From the NCBI GenBank assembly GCA_031420415.1, contig JANOMT010000039.1, forward strand, positions 12,818 to 76,817: a DNA stretch of 64,000 bases, given 5' to 3'. A model generated the notes under the pieces. The model had not been told where the DNA came from. It was given only the letters and a program-made list of their open reading frames with translations, and ran no database searches. Shown here piece after piece: positions 18,635 through 28,542 of the stretch. The stretch's first letter is position 1; each line of letters starts with the position of its first letter. The DNA comes from Vulcanimicrobiota bacterium (GTDB lineage: Bacteria; Vulcanimicrobiota; Vulcanimicrobiia; Vulcanimicrobiales; Vulcanimicrobiaceae). A program made the position numbers and the translations under genes.

Positions 18635-21600
18635 CGCCATTGGGACGACTCCCGCGAGTACCGTTCGCGCGCCGTTCTTCGGCATTTCGTCGACGTCGTT
18701 CGCGCTTTTCGGGCTCTTCGTGCTCGCGTTGCTCGTGCGGTTGATCTTCATCAACGCCGACGGTTTCAAGGCCGACGTCTCGACCTTCGAAAGCTGGTCG
18801 CTGACGCTCGCCGAACATCCGACGCGCGAGTTTTTCGCGAAGGCCGGGTTCGCGGATTATCCGCCTGGTTATTTCTTCGTCTTGTGGATCGTCGGGCATC
18901 TCTACAAGGCGCTCGTCCACATCGATCCGACCTATGGCGCGCTCAAAATTGCCGTCAAATTGCCGGCGATCCTGATGGATCTCGTCGACGCGCTGCTGAT
19001 CTACGCGATCGTACGCCGCTTCGCATCGGTCGCGTGGGCCTTCGGTGCAGCCGCCCTCTTCGCGTTTAATCCCGCGACGATTTTCATTTCGGCGTATTGG
19101 GGGCAGGTCGATTCCGTCGCTGGGGGCCTGACGCTCGGCTCACTCTTTCTCATGCTCGCTGCGGAGAAGCGCGTCGGTCGCGCGCAAACACTCACGATCG
19201 TCGGCGCGTGGCTCTTGCTCGCCTCAAGCGTGCTCATCAAGCCCCCGGCCGTCGTCATCGCACCGCTCTATCTCGCCTATGTTTTCGCAACGACCGACGC
19301 GCTAACACGCTCGCGGCGCATCGTCGCGACGCTCATCGGCGTGGTCGCGGGCTTCGCGCTCGCGTACGTTGCGGCGCTCGCCTTCCATCCTGGGATGAAC
19401 CCGATCGGACAATTCGGATGGTTGCTCTCACGATATGCGTACGCATCGGGCGTCTACCCGTATAATTCGGTCAACGCGTTCAATCTGTACGTCGTGTCGC
19501 CGAGCAGCCACTTCTGGCAATCGGATGGCGCGATCATTCCCGGGTGGGTCGTCGGCGGTCACGCCCTCGGGCTCCCGCAATACGTGTGGGGTATCCTCAT
19601 CTTCCTCGCGGGAACCGCGCTCGTCGTTTCGCGATACGTCCAACGACGCGATCCCGTGGCGCTGCTGGAAGCGGCGATGATTTTGTCGCTCGGCTACTTC
19701 GTGCTCTCGACGCGGATGCACGAGCGCTACATTTTCAACGCGGTCCTGCTTGCAACGCCGCTCATCTTTTTACGCAAGCGCTATCTCTTCGCGACGATCG
19801 CTCTGTCGCTCACGCTCTTCGCGAACCTCGCGTATTCACTCGAATATCTGCATGTGCTCGATGCCAAGATCGCGGGCGTCGATCCCACCGATCTGATGCC
19901 GATTCTGAGTCGGGTGGCCGCGATTCTCAACGTCACGACATTTTTCTACCTCGGATATGTATATCTCGGCGCGGGCGACGATCCGATCGAGACCTTCGAT
20001 TTCGGCGGCTTCTTCGCGCGCGTGTCCACGGGCGTGCGAGGCTGGTTCTCGCCGCGCGAAGGTATCGCTGCGATGGTCGCGCGGGATTGGGCGATCGGGA
20101 TCGGACTCTCGATGTCGTCGTTCGTCTTGACGTTCGTCGACTACACGTGGCCCTCGGAGAAGATCTTCGACGAGATTTACTACGCGCGTGCGGGCGAAGA
20201 ATATCTGACGCACAAAGAAATTTTCGAGTTCACGCACCCACCGCTGACGAAGCTTTGGATCACGCTCTCGATGACGCTCTTTGGTGGCATGCACGGCCTC
20301 GGCGATACGTCGGCGGGTTGGCGCTTCCTCAACCTCGTCATCGGCGCGTTGATGGTCCTCGTGCTTTACGTCTTCGCGAAGCGTCTCACGAGTTCGACCG
20401 TCTTTGCGACGATTGCGGCTGGGCTCTTGCTCTTCGACGGCTTCCATTACGTCCAGTCGCGTATCGCAACGCCGGAAATCACGGTCGCCTTTTTCTCCCT
20501 CCTTACGTTGTACGCGTTCTACCGTTTTTGGATCGCGAGCCAGGTTCGTTTGGTCGCGCGCTTTACGACGCGTCAACTCCCCGCGCTCGGTGGTGCGCTC
20601 GCCGCCGGGCTCGCGCTCGCCGCCGTATTTTCGACGCTCGTCGCGCAAGGCCAGAATGCAACGGCACACATCATCGCGTTCTTGTATGCGGCATGCGGGT
20701 CGTACGTCGCCGTGCGCTTCATCGTTCCGCTCGTGACCAAAGCGCCGCTCGTCGCGTCGTATGCCGACGGCACGTGCGTCGCCGCCGGCGCGATGACGAT
20801 GCTCGACGGCGGTCGTATTGGCGCGACGGGCATGCTCGTCGCGGGCGAAACGACACGAGCCGTCAAGAACGAACTCGTCTTCGAAGCCGAAGGCGTTCGC
20901 GCGACGTACGCGCGTGGCGGCACGGTCCGTTACGCGACGCAAGACGGTGAGGCGATTTTCGCCCCCGACGGCACGATGCGTGTCGATGGAGTGACGATCG
21001 ACGGCGCGCGCGACGGCGTACGCTGGCTCTGGATTCTCGCGCTTTGCGCGGGTGCGCTCGCGGCATGTAAGTGGAACGGACTCTTCGATTTCTTCGTCAT
21101 CGGGGCGCTCGCGTTCGGCGTGGTCGGCCAGCAATTCGCCGCTCCCTTCGCACGCGCGATCGGCCGCGCGGGAAGTCTCGCGAGGCCGGCCTTGTGGGGC
21201 AATCCGTTCGGGTTCTCACTCGATCTCGTCGTTGCGACGATCCTCTTCGTGAGCGCGACGGTCTACGCGCTCGCCTATATTCCCTATTTCATGCTCGGAC
21301 ACAATCTCGCCGATCTCATCGCGCTCCAACAGCAGATGTTCGGCTATCACTACGACTTGCGCGCGACGCATCCGTATGGGTCGTCGTGGTGGCAGTGGCC
21401 GCTGCTCTTGCGCCCGATCTCGTATTTCTATCACGACTTCCGCGTCGGCGCCGCGCACGACGATCCGCTCGCGTGTTGCGTCGCCGAGATCATCGCGATT
21501 CCCAATCCCGCCGTGTGGTGGTTCGGGCTCGTCTCGATTCCGATCGTCGCGTGGCTCGGATGGCGCGAGCGCAACAAGGGCTACGTCTTGCTCGTCGTTG

Positions 21601-21899
21601 CGTATCTTTTTCAATGGTTACCGTGGGCGACGTCGCCGCGCGTCTCGTTCGAGTATCACTTCTTCCCGAATCTCGCGATCATCTGTCTCGCCAACGCCAT
21701 CGTCTTGCAGCGCGTTTGGAAGCTTGCCGCGGCATCGCCGGAGCGTTTCGCGTGGCCGCGCGTCGTCGTCGGAAGTTATCTCGCGCTCGTCGTGGGGCTC
21801 TTCGTCTTTTTCTTTCCGATCCTCGCGGGCTTGCACGTTCCGTGGAACGTGTGGGATGCGCGGATGTGGCATTGGCTCATGAAGAATCAGTGGGTGTAA
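18627..21899 (+). CDS. 1090-aa polytopic membrane protein that appears to be two fused GT-C-type (polyprenyl-phosphate-sugar dependent) glycosyltransferase modules; the C-terminal module is Pmt-like
   Basis: There are many TM segments throughout. The N-terminal module has an acidic first loop (INADGFKADVSTFESW). The C-terminal module has the Pmt-type FDEIYYARAGEEYL / THPPLTK loop and a PMT_4TMC-like end (YHYDLRATHPYGSSWWQWPLLLRPISYFY). It overlaps the polyprenyl synthase stop by 8 nt. Confidence 0.8.
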   Translation: MRSAIGTTPASTVRAPFFGISSTSFALFGLFVLALLVRLIFINADGFKADVSTFESWSLTLAEHPTREFFAKAGFADYPPGYFFVLWIVGHLYKALVHIDPTYGALKIAVKLPAILMDLVDALLIYAIVRRFASVAWAFGAAALFAFNPATIFISAYWGQVDSVAGGLTLGSLFLMLAAEKRVGRAQTLTIVGAWLLLASSVLIKPPAVVIAPLYLAYVFATTDALTRSRRIVATLIGVVAGFALAYVAALAFHPGMNPIGQFGWLLSRYAYASGVYPYNSVNAFNLYVVSPSSHFWQSDGAIIPGWVVGGHALGLPQYVWGILIFLAGTALVVSRYVQRRDPVALLEAAMILSLGYFVLSTRMHERYIFNAVLLATPLIFLRKRYLFATIALSLTLFANLAYSLEYLHVLDAKIAGVDPTDLMPILSRVAAILNVTTFFYLGYVYLGAGDDPIETFDFGGFFARVSTGVRGWFSPREGIAAMVARDWAIGIGLSMSSFVLTFVDYTWPSEKIFDEIYYARAGEEYLTHKEIFEFTHPPLTKLWITLSMTLFGGMHGLGDTSAGWRFLNLVIGALMVLVLYVFAKRLTSSTVFATIAAGLLLFDGFHYVQSRIATPEITVAFFSLLTLYAFYRFWIASQVRLVARFTTRQLPALGGALAAGLALAAVFSTLVAQGQNATAHIIAFLYAACGSYVAVRFIVPLVTKAPLVASYADGTCVAAGAMTMLDGGRIGATGMLVAGETTRAVKNELVFEAEGVRATYARGGTVRYATQDGEAIFAPDGTMRVDGVTIDGARDGVRWLWILALCAGALAACKWNGLFDFFVIGALAFGVVGQQFAAPFARAIGRAGSLARPALWGNPFGFSLDLVVATILFVSATVYALAYIPYFMLGHNLADLIALQQQMFGYHYDLRATHPYGSSWWQWPLLLRPISYFYHDFRVGAAHDDPLACCVAEIIAIPNPAVWWFGLVSIPIVAWLGWRERNKGYVLLVVAYLFQWLPWATSPRVSFEYHFFPNLAIICLANAIVLQRVWKLAAASPERFAWPRVVVGSYLALVVGLFVFFFPILAGLHVPWNVWDARMWHWLMKNQWV

Positions 21900-21902
21900 C
21901 CC

Positions 21903-22661
21903 GTGTCCGGACATTCGAAATGGCATAATATCAAGCTCAAAAAGGGCAAGGTCGACGGCAAGCGCGGTGCTCTCTTTACCAAGCTCTCCAAAGAAATTAT
22001 TCTCGCGGCGAAGGGCGGCTCGTCCGATCCCGAGGCAAACTATCGTTTGAAGATGGCGGTCGAAAAAGCGCGAGAGAATAACGTCCCGCAAGAAAATATC
22101 AAACGCGCGATCGCACGTGCGTCGGGGGCCGACGGCGAGAAGGCGATCGAAGAGATTCGCTACGAGGGCCACGGCCCGAGTAACGTCGCGATCGTCATCG
22201 ATGCCGCGACCGATAATCGCAATCGCACGGCCTCGGAATTGCGTTTTCTCTTCAGCCGTCACGGCGGCGCGCTCGGGGAGACGGGATCGGTTGCGTGGAT
22301 TTTCGAGCCGCGCGGCCTCATCGAAGTCGAACACGGGACGCTCGATGAAGACGTACTCACCGAAGCCGCGCTCGTCGACGGTGTCGTCGATGTTCGGTAC
22401 GACGACGGGAGCGACGAAGGGCGCTCGGTCGTCTCGACGGTACCCGGGGCACTCGCTGCCGTGCGCGGCGAGCTCGTCGCCAAGGGCTTGCGCGTGACAT
22501 CGATGGTGCTCGGGGTCGAAGCGAAACAACACGTCGCGCCGATGGGCGACGAACTCAAAGCGATCGTCGCGTTTCTCGACGCGCTCGAAGATCACGAAGA
22601 CGTGCAACGCGTCTATTCAAACGCCGAACTCGATCTCGCGCAGCTCGAAGCGCTCTCGTGA
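21903..22661 (+). CDS. yebC: YebC/PmpR family DNA-binding transcriptional regulator
   Basis: MSGHSKWHNIKLKKGK..DGKRG..F.KL signature. 252 aa. Confidence 0.95.
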   Translation: MSGHSKWHNIKLKKGKVDGKRGALFTKLSKEIILAAKGGSSDPEANYRLKMAVEKARENNVPQENIKRAIARASGADGEKAIEEIRYEGHGPSNVAIVIDAATDNRNRTASELRFLFSRHGGALGETGSVAWIFEPRGLIEVEHGTLDEDVLTEAALVDGVVDVRYDDGSDEGRSVVSTVPGALAAVRGELVAKGLRVTSMVLGVEAKQHVAPMGDELKAIVAFLDALEDHEDVQRVYSNAELDLAQLEALS

Positions 22662-23779
22662 GCACGGACGTCGTCGGCCCGCGCGCGAAGGTGCGCCGCC
22701 CCTCCTGGTTCGCGCGCCAGGATTGGTTCTTCGCGGTCGCCCTCGCGCTCTTCGTCGGCGTCGGGGTTTGGTTCTCGCGCGCGATCTCCGATTTTTTCGC
22801 GCCCGCGCAAAAGACCGTTTCGACACCATCGCTTGTGGGACAGACACTCGGCGATGCGTACTCGACGGCCGCACGCGCGCATCTCAAGGCGACGGTACTC
22901 CGCCGTACGCCGAGCGATCGCTATCCCAAAGATGTGGTGATGCGTCAGAGCCCACCCGCGGGCTCGCAAGTGCGCGAAGGTCGCCAGATCTCGCTCATCG
23001 TCTCGACGGGCGTGCAGATCTTCGCGATGCCCGATTTGCGATACGAGAGCTTACGCGAAGTGCGTCTCGATCTCTCGCATTTCAAATTGCAGCTCGGGAA
23101 GACGAAGATCGTGCCGAGCGACGACGTACCGGGCAACCGTGTCGTAACCCAAGATCCGCCTCCGCTCTCATCCGTTCGTGCGGGATCGCTCGTCAATCTC
23201 GAGCTCTCCAAAGGCGGACCACAGACGATTCGCGTGCCCGACCTCGAGCGGATCTCCGTCGATCGCGCGCGCTCCGAAGCGAAGGCCGCACATATCCATA
23301 TCGGCCAGATCGTCTGGACGCCCTTCGGGCGGTTCGGCCCCGCGCGCGGTCAGGTCGTGCGCCAAAAACCGGCTCCGGGCACCGAAATCGATGCCTCGCA
23401 GCTCGTATCGTTGCAAGTCAGCGCGGGCCCGCGCGAGTCGGGCTATCTCGTGCGTCAGGTGCACGCGCTCGCGACGGTGCCCGAGGATGCGGCAAAGCAA
23501 AACGACGCGTCACCGAGCGTGCGCGTGCAAGTTCGCGACGAGACGGGTACGTGGGATGTCTATAATGCGTACGCGCAGCCAAAACAGCGGCTGGACTTTA
23601 ATCTCACCGTCGTCGGAACGGCCGAGCTCGACGTGTTCGTGAACCAAGAGCTCATCAGCTCGACGAAGCTCGGGGTCGAGCCGCCGGTTCAAGAGCGCCA
23701 GGAGCTTCGCCCTTTGCCACAGCACACGTCGGCTCCAGCGACCAGCTCGAGCATCTCTTCAAAGAAAGTTAACCCATGA
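22658..23779 (+). CDS. membrane-anchored PASTA-repeat protein (PrkC-like ectodomain without a kinase domain)
   Basis: Short cytoplasmic N-terminus, one TM helix (WFFAVALALFVGVGVWF), three PASTA-like repeats and a ~100-aa C-terminal beta-rich domain. There are GTGA overlaps with yebC upstream and rpe downstream. Confidence 0.8.
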   Translation: MSTDVVGPRAKVRRPSWFARQDWFFAVALALFVGVGVWFSRAISDFFAPAQKTVSTPSLVGQTLGDAYSTAARAHLKATVLRRTPSDRYPKDVVMRQSPPAGSQVREGRQISLIVSTGVQIFAMPDLRYESLREVRLDLSHFKLQLGKTKIVPSDDVPGNRVVTQDPPPLSSVRAGSLVNLELSKGGPQTIRVPDLERISVDRARSEAKAAHIHIGQIVWTPFGRFGPARGQVVRQKPAPGTEIDASQLVSLQVSAGPRESGYLVRQVHALATVPEDAAKQNDASPSVRVQVRDETGTWDVYNAYAQPKQRLDFNLTVVGTAELDVFVNQELISSTKLGVEPPVQERQELRPLPQHTSAPATSSSISSKKVNP

Positions 23780-24450
23780 AGATCGCGCCGTCTCTGCTCT
23801 CCGCCGATTTTAGCCGCATCTCGGAAGAGATCGCGATGCTCGAACGCGCCGGCGCCGATTACATGCACCTCGATATCATGGACGGCCGCTACGTGCCCAA
23901 TCTTACGTGGGGTCCCAAGATCGTCGGCGATATCCGCAAATGTACGAAAAAGGTTTTCGACGCACATCTCATGATCGTCGAGCCCGAAAGATACGTCGAT
24001 GATTTCCGCAAGGCGGGCGCCGACATCATTACGTTTCATCTCGAAGCGACCGTGCACGCGCAGCGACTCTTGACGTATATCCGCTCGATTGGCGCGAAGG
24101 CGGGCATCTCGCTCAATCCATCGACGCCCGTCTCGCTTTTGGAAGACGTCATCGAAGACTGCGATCTCATCCTCATCATGAGCGTCAATCCGGGCTTCGG
24201 CGGCCAGAAATACATTCCGAACGCGCTGAAAAAAGTGCGTCAGGCGCGCGCGCTCATCGACGCGCACAATCCGGCATGCGAACTCGAGATCGATGGCGGC
24301 ATCGGCCGTTCGAACATCGCTGAAGTCTGCGCGGCAGGCGCGGACGTCGTCGTCATGGGCTCGGCTATTTTCAGTGCGGCCGATCCTGTCGCCGAACTGC
24401 AGGCATTACGCGCGCTTGCCGAGCCGCAGCCTGTGGGCGCGCGCGCTTAG
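23776..24450 (+). CDS. rpe: ribulose-phosphate 3-epimerase
   Basis: MKIAPSLLSADF..HLDIMDG.YVPN, and MSVNPGFGGQK. Confidence 0.95.
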   Translation: MKIAPSLLSADFSRISEEIAMLERAGADYMHLDIMDGRYVPNLTWGPKIVGDIRKCTKKVFDAHLMIVEPERYVDDFRKAGADIITFHLEATVHAQRLLTYIRSIGAKAGISLNPSTPVSLLEDVIEDCDLILIMSVNPGFGGQKYIPNALKKVRQARALIDAHNPACELEIDGGIGRSNIAEVCAAGADVVVMGSAIFSAADPVAELQALRALAEPQPVGARA

Positions 24451-24454
24451 CGCG

Positions 24455-25492
24455 ATGACCGAAGATTCGCTCGTCGCGGCGCTTCGCGAAATTTGCGAAG
24501 CGCGCGCGAGCGACGCGTCGCCCGGTCCGCGCAAGATCGTGCTCGGCATCGGCGATGACGCCGCGGCATGGCAGCCGTCGCGCTCGCACCTCTGCGTGAT
24601 CACGACCGACGCGCTCGTCGACGGCGTGCATTTTCGCAAGCCTGAGATGGACGCGGGCGATATCGGCCATCGCGCGATGGCGGCGAATCTCTCAGATATC
24701 GCCGCGATGGGCGCGCGGCCGGTGCTCGTGACGATCGCGCTCGGGGTGACGCCCGATACGAGCGAGACGTGGTTGCGCGCGTGCTACACCGCGATGGCGG
24801 CGCTCGCGCACGCACACGGTGCGCGCATCGTCGGCGGCGATATTACGGCATCGCCCGTCGTTTCGCTTGCGATTACCGTGGTAGGCGAAGTTTCGCGCAC
24901 GCGTATGAAGACGCGTGCGGGCGGGCGGCCGGGCGACGTGCTCGCGGTAACGGGTCCACTGGGCGCGAGCCGCGCGGGTCTCGAGCTGTTGCGGCGCGCG
25001 GGGATCGTGGGCGAACCGGGCGATCTCGCGCTCGGAAGCGACGAACGCCGCGCCGCCGAGCTTGCGTTCGCGCGGCCGATGCCGCGCATGCGCGAGGGGC
25101 GATTTCTCGCGGCTTCCGCGTACGTCCACGCGATGATGGATAGCAGCGACGGTCTCTCGACCGATGTCGCACGGCTCGCCCGCTCGAGCGGCTGCGGCGC
25201 GACGGTCGATGAGGTACCGATCCATCTCGCAGCGTTCGCCGTGGCCGAAGCCGTTGGCGACGATCCCGCGTGCTACGCGCTCGACGGCGGAGAAGATTTC
25301 GAGCTTATCATCGCGGTCGCACCGCGCGCTTTCAATCATCTTTCGCGAAAATTCGCGCTTGCGTTTGGCGCAGCACTCCTACCGATCGGCAGCCTTGAGA
25401 TCGAACCCGGTATCCGTATCGCGGCCGACGGCATCGCGCACGAATTGGTAGCTGCCGGCTTCGATCATTTCTTCGCTCAGGAGAAGCGCTGA
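24455..25492 (+). CDS. thiL: thiamine-monophosphate kinase
   Basis: ORF 24293..25492 trimmed to MTEDSLVAALREI. It has GIGDDAA, the AIR-synthase-like fold motif NLSDIAAMGA, and GGD. Confidence 0.9.
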   Translation: MTEDSLVAALREICEARASDASPGPRKIVLGIGDDAAAWQPSRSHLCVITTDALVDGVHFRKPEMDAGDIGHRAMAANLSDIAAMGARPVLVTIALGVTPDTSETWLRACYTAMAALAHAHGARIVGGDITASPVVSLAITVVGEVSRTRMKTRAGGRPGDVLAVTGPLGASRAGLELLRRAGIVGEPGDLALGSDERRAAELAFARPMPRMREGRFLAASAYVHAMMDSSDGLSTDVARLARSSGCGATVDEVPIHLAAFAVAEAVGDDPACYALDGGEDFELIIAVAPRAFNHLSRKFALAFGAALLPIGSLEIEPGIRIAADGIAHELVAAGFDHFFAQEKR

Positions 25493-25536
25493 GCGAGGTC
25501 GATAGCAGCTCCCGAAAAGCGTCGGATGCTCGCCCG

Positions 25537-25998
25537 CTAGCGCGGCGCGATCACGAGACCGCCGGCGTCACGAAAAAGGGCCACGCCGCAGTCGAGCGCC
25601 GCGTCGTAGGAGCGCTTGCCGGTTTCCCGGCGCCGAGTCCCGACTCGGAGCCAGAGGGCGTGCCCTCGAATCGCCTCAGCGCAAGGGTCAGGGCCGGCCG
25701 CTGCGACGAACCGCGCGTCGGGTGCGAGGCGGCGGACAATGTTCGGGTCGAGGTTCGTGACGATCGCTGAGGGATCGTAATCGACGAGCCAAGCGTAGAC
25801 GCCCGTCCGGCCATTCGCATCGAGACGGGCCGCGAGCGCGTGGGAGTCCGGGCCGGCACACGCTGTCAGCGCTGCCAAGGCACCGAAAATTAAAAAGAGC
25901 CCGAACGCGCGACGCCGGACCCTTCGGTAGATTGGCCGCCCGGTGAAGGCGCGCGAGTGAGGAACTACGCGCGTTTGACCCGGCGCGAGCGCAGGCAT
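25537..25998 (-). CDS. hypothetical lipoprotein
   Basis: It has an Arg-rich n-region followed by a lipobox ([10 protein letters not shown]). I recognised no family. The only start codon in frame (ATG at 25998) lies 34 nt inside the 3' end of rpmB on the same strand. Confidence 0.45.
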   Translation of the reverse strand: MPALAPGQTRVVPHSRAFTGRPIYRRVRRRAFGLFLIFGALAALTACAGPDSHALAARLDANGRTGVYAWLVDYDPSAIVTNLDPNIVRRLAPDARFVAAAGPDPCAEAIRGHALWLRVGTRRRETGKRSYDAALDCGVALFRDAGGLVIAPR

Positions 25999-26153
25999 TG
26001 GGTGCAGACCTTCAGCGTCTTGTGCGTTCCACGCTCATCGACGCGCACCGGCTGCAAATTCGGGAGCCAACGGCGCTTGGTCTTGTTCATCGCGTGGCTG
26101 ACATTGTTGCCCGCCATCGGACCCTTCGCACAGACGTCGCAGCGTTTGGCCAT
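25965..26153 (-). CDS. rpmB: 50S ribosomal protein L28
   Basis: C-terminal 62 codons of ORF 25965..26591: [34 protein letters not shown]. The upstream part of the long ORF is Arg-rich non-coding read-through. Confidence 0.9.
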   Translation of the reverse strand: MAKRCDVCAKGPMAGNNVSHAMNKTKRRWLPNLQPVRVDERGTHKTLKVCTQCLRSRRVKRA

Positions 26154-26353
26154 GAATTTCTCTATCCTACTGGTCGTCGTAAAAGAAGTATGAGTACTCC
26201 ACCACGCAAAGCGCGGTCGGCACAACCCCCGGACTATACCACGGGCTGTACCTACGACGCAACGTCGAGCCAAAGAGGACCGCGTCTCATGCCGGATAAT
26301 TTCGAAATCTCGCGGCCGCGTACCCGGAACGCAGCCCGCCACGCTTCCAGATT

Positions 26354-27391
26354 GTGAGATCTTTTTTGAACGGTTCGAGGCCCCGCATCGCCATCGACGC
26401 GATGGGCGGAGACCACGCGCCGGACGAAATCGTCGCAGGCGCGGTTCTTGCGGACCGCCAGGGACTCGGGCATATGATCCTCGTCGGCGACGAATCCCGC
26501 ATTCGACCGCTGCTCGAGAAAGCCGGCGCGAAGATCGAGATCGTGCACGCACCCTCCGCAATCGCCATGGACGCGACGCCCGCCCTCGCACTGCGCAACT
26601 GCGATGAAACCTCGCTCGGCATGGCCGTCAACCTGGTCCGTGATGGCAAAGCCGACGCCGTCGTCTCGGCGGGAAATAGCGGTGCGTTCCTCGCGATTGC
26701 CCTCGTACGACTCCGTACCATCAAAGGCGTCGCTCGTCCCGCAATTGCTGTGGTCTACCCCGCTCGCAAAGGCAGCGTCGTGGTGCTCGACAGCGGCGCC
26801 AACGTCGATTGCCGCGCCGAATGGCTCCTCCAGTTCGGCATGATGGGCAGCGCCTACGCCCGCGCGGTGCTTGGCGTTGCGCGACCGAAAGTCGGCATCA
26901 TTTCCAACGGCGAGGAGAAGGGCAAGGGCAACGCGCTCACCGTGGAAGCCGCAGAGTTGCTCGAAAAATCGTTCGGCCCTGATTTCGTCGGGAACGTCGA
27001 GTCAAAAGATCTCTTCTCGAACGTCGCCGATGTGCTCGTGACCGATGGCTTCGTCGGCAATGTGATGCTCAAGCTCTCCGAGGGCGCGGCCGCCCTCATC
27101 GGCGACATCGTGCTCGACGCGATCAAGTCCGGGAGTATCGCGGCAAAGATCGGCGCGTTACTCGTCAAGCCGACGCTCATGGGCGTGCGCGATCGGCTCA
27201 GTTACGATAACGTCGGTGGCGCGCCGCTCCTTGGCCTGCGGGGGAACTGCATCGTCGCCCACGGCCGCGCCAATAGTGCGGCGGTGCGGAGCGCGATTCG
27301 GGCAGCCGTCGCCGAGGTGAACGAAGACGTCGTCGGACGCATCGGCGAACTCGTCGTGCCGATCGATCTGCGCGAAAGTAGAGAAGCATAA
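26354..27391 (+). CDS. plsX: phosphate acyltransferase PlsX
   Basis: [12 protein letters not shown] motif. 345 aa, GTG start. Confidence 0.95.
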   Translation: MRSFLNGSRPRIAIDAMGGDHAPDEIVAGAVLADRQGLGHMILVGDESRIRPLLEKAGAKIEIVHAPSAIAMDATPALALRNCDETSLGMAVNLVRDGKADAVVSAGNSGAFLAIALVRLRTIKGVARPAIAVVYPARKGSVVVLDSGANVDCRAEWLLQFGMMGSAYARAVLGVARPKVGIISNGEEKGKGNALTVEAAELLEKSFGPDFVGNVESKDLFSNVADVLVTDGFVGNVMLKLSEGAAALIGDIVLDAIKSGSIAAKIGALLVKPTLMGVRDRLSYDNVGGAPLLGLRGNCIVAHGRANSAAVRSAIRAAVAEVNEDVVGRIGELVVPIDLRESREA

Positions 27392-27399
27392 CGCCTTCC

Positions 27400-28539
27400 A
27401 TGGGGCGCAGGGGACTCTACGTCCATTTGCCGTTTTGCCCGTACGTATGTCCCTATTGCGACTTTGCAAAGTGGCCGATGCGGCGCTCGCAAGCAACGCG
27501 CTACCTCGCTGCGCTCACGGCCGAAATCGACGCGGCGCCCGCGTTCGAAGCCGCGACGATTTTCTTCGGTGGCGGGACGCCGAATACGTACGATGCCGCC
27601 GATGTCGCAGCGATCGTCGCGCGACTACGCGATCGCTTCGCGCCCGGCGGCTTTGCGGAGGCCAGCATCGAGATGAATCCCGATCCCGATCTCTGCACGC
27701 GCGACGTCTTCGCCGCGTACCGCGCGGCGGGCATCGACCGCGTTTCCTTCGGCGTGCAATCGTTCGTGCCGTCGGAATTGAAGACGCTCGGCCGTCGGCA
27801 CACGCCGGGCGATGTCGGCGATGCCGTCGCACGCGCGCGCGACGCGGGCATCGAAAACATTTCGCTCGATCTCATTTTCGGCACGCCGCTACAGACGACC
27901 GAGTCGTGGCGAGCGTCGCTCGACTACGCCCTCTCGCTCGAGCCCGAGCATATCTCGACGTACGGCCTCACGATCGAAGACGACACGCCTTTTGCGGAGT
28001 GGTTCGCGCGGCGGCCGCAAGACTTCGCGCCGAACGATCTCGAGGGCGATCTCTATGCGGTCGCGATCGAGACGCTCGCTGCGGCGGGTTACGAGCACTA
28101 CGAGATCAGTAATTTCGCGAAGCCCGGGCGTCGCTGCGCGCACAACGCGAATTACTGGGCCAATGGCGAGTATCTCGGGCTCGGCGTCGGCGCGGCATCG
28201 TACCGAGGCGGCACGCGCTCGGTTCATACGCGCGACCTCGCGATCTATTGTGACGCGGCGCTCGAGGGGCGCGCGATTCCCAGCGACGACGAGCATCTCG
28301 AGGGTGCGGCGATGCTCGGCGAAGCGGTCATGCTCGCGCTGCGGACGCGCGAAGGGGTAGATGTCGCCTCATTTGCGGAACGGTACCGCGTCGACTTTCA
28401 TGAGTACTATCGCGCGGTGTTGAACGATTTGGAAAGCACGGGGACGCTCGACGTCACGCCCGCACGCGTCGCATTGACACCGCGCGGACGGTTCCTTGCA
28501 AACGATGTCTGCGGCGCCTTCGTCGCCCCGGCGGAGTAG
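27400..28539 (+). CDS. hemW: radical SAM heme chaperone HemW (oxygen-independent coproporphyrinogen oxidase-like)
   Basis: LYVHLPFCPYVCPYCDF radical-SAM cysteine motif and GGGTP. 379 aa. Confidence 0.9.
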   Translation: MGRRGLYVHLPFCPYVCPYCDFAKWPMRRSQATRYLAALTAEIDAAPAFEAATIFFGGGTPNTYDAADVAAIVARLRDRFAPGGFAEASIEMNPDPDLCTRDVFAAYRAAGIDRVSFGVQSFVPSELKTLGRRHTPGDVGDAVARARDAGIENISLDLIFGTPLQTTESWRASLDYALSLEPEHISTYGLTIEDDTPFAEWFARRPQDFAPNDLEGDLYAVAIETLAAAGYEHYEISNFAKPGRRCAHNANYWANGEYLGLGVGAASYRGGTRSVHTRDLAIYCDAALEGRAIPSDDEHLEGAAMLGEAVMLALRTREGVDVASFAERYRVDFHEYYRAVLNDLESTGTLDVTPARVALTPRGRFLANDVCGAFVAPAE

Positions 28540-28542
28540 CGC

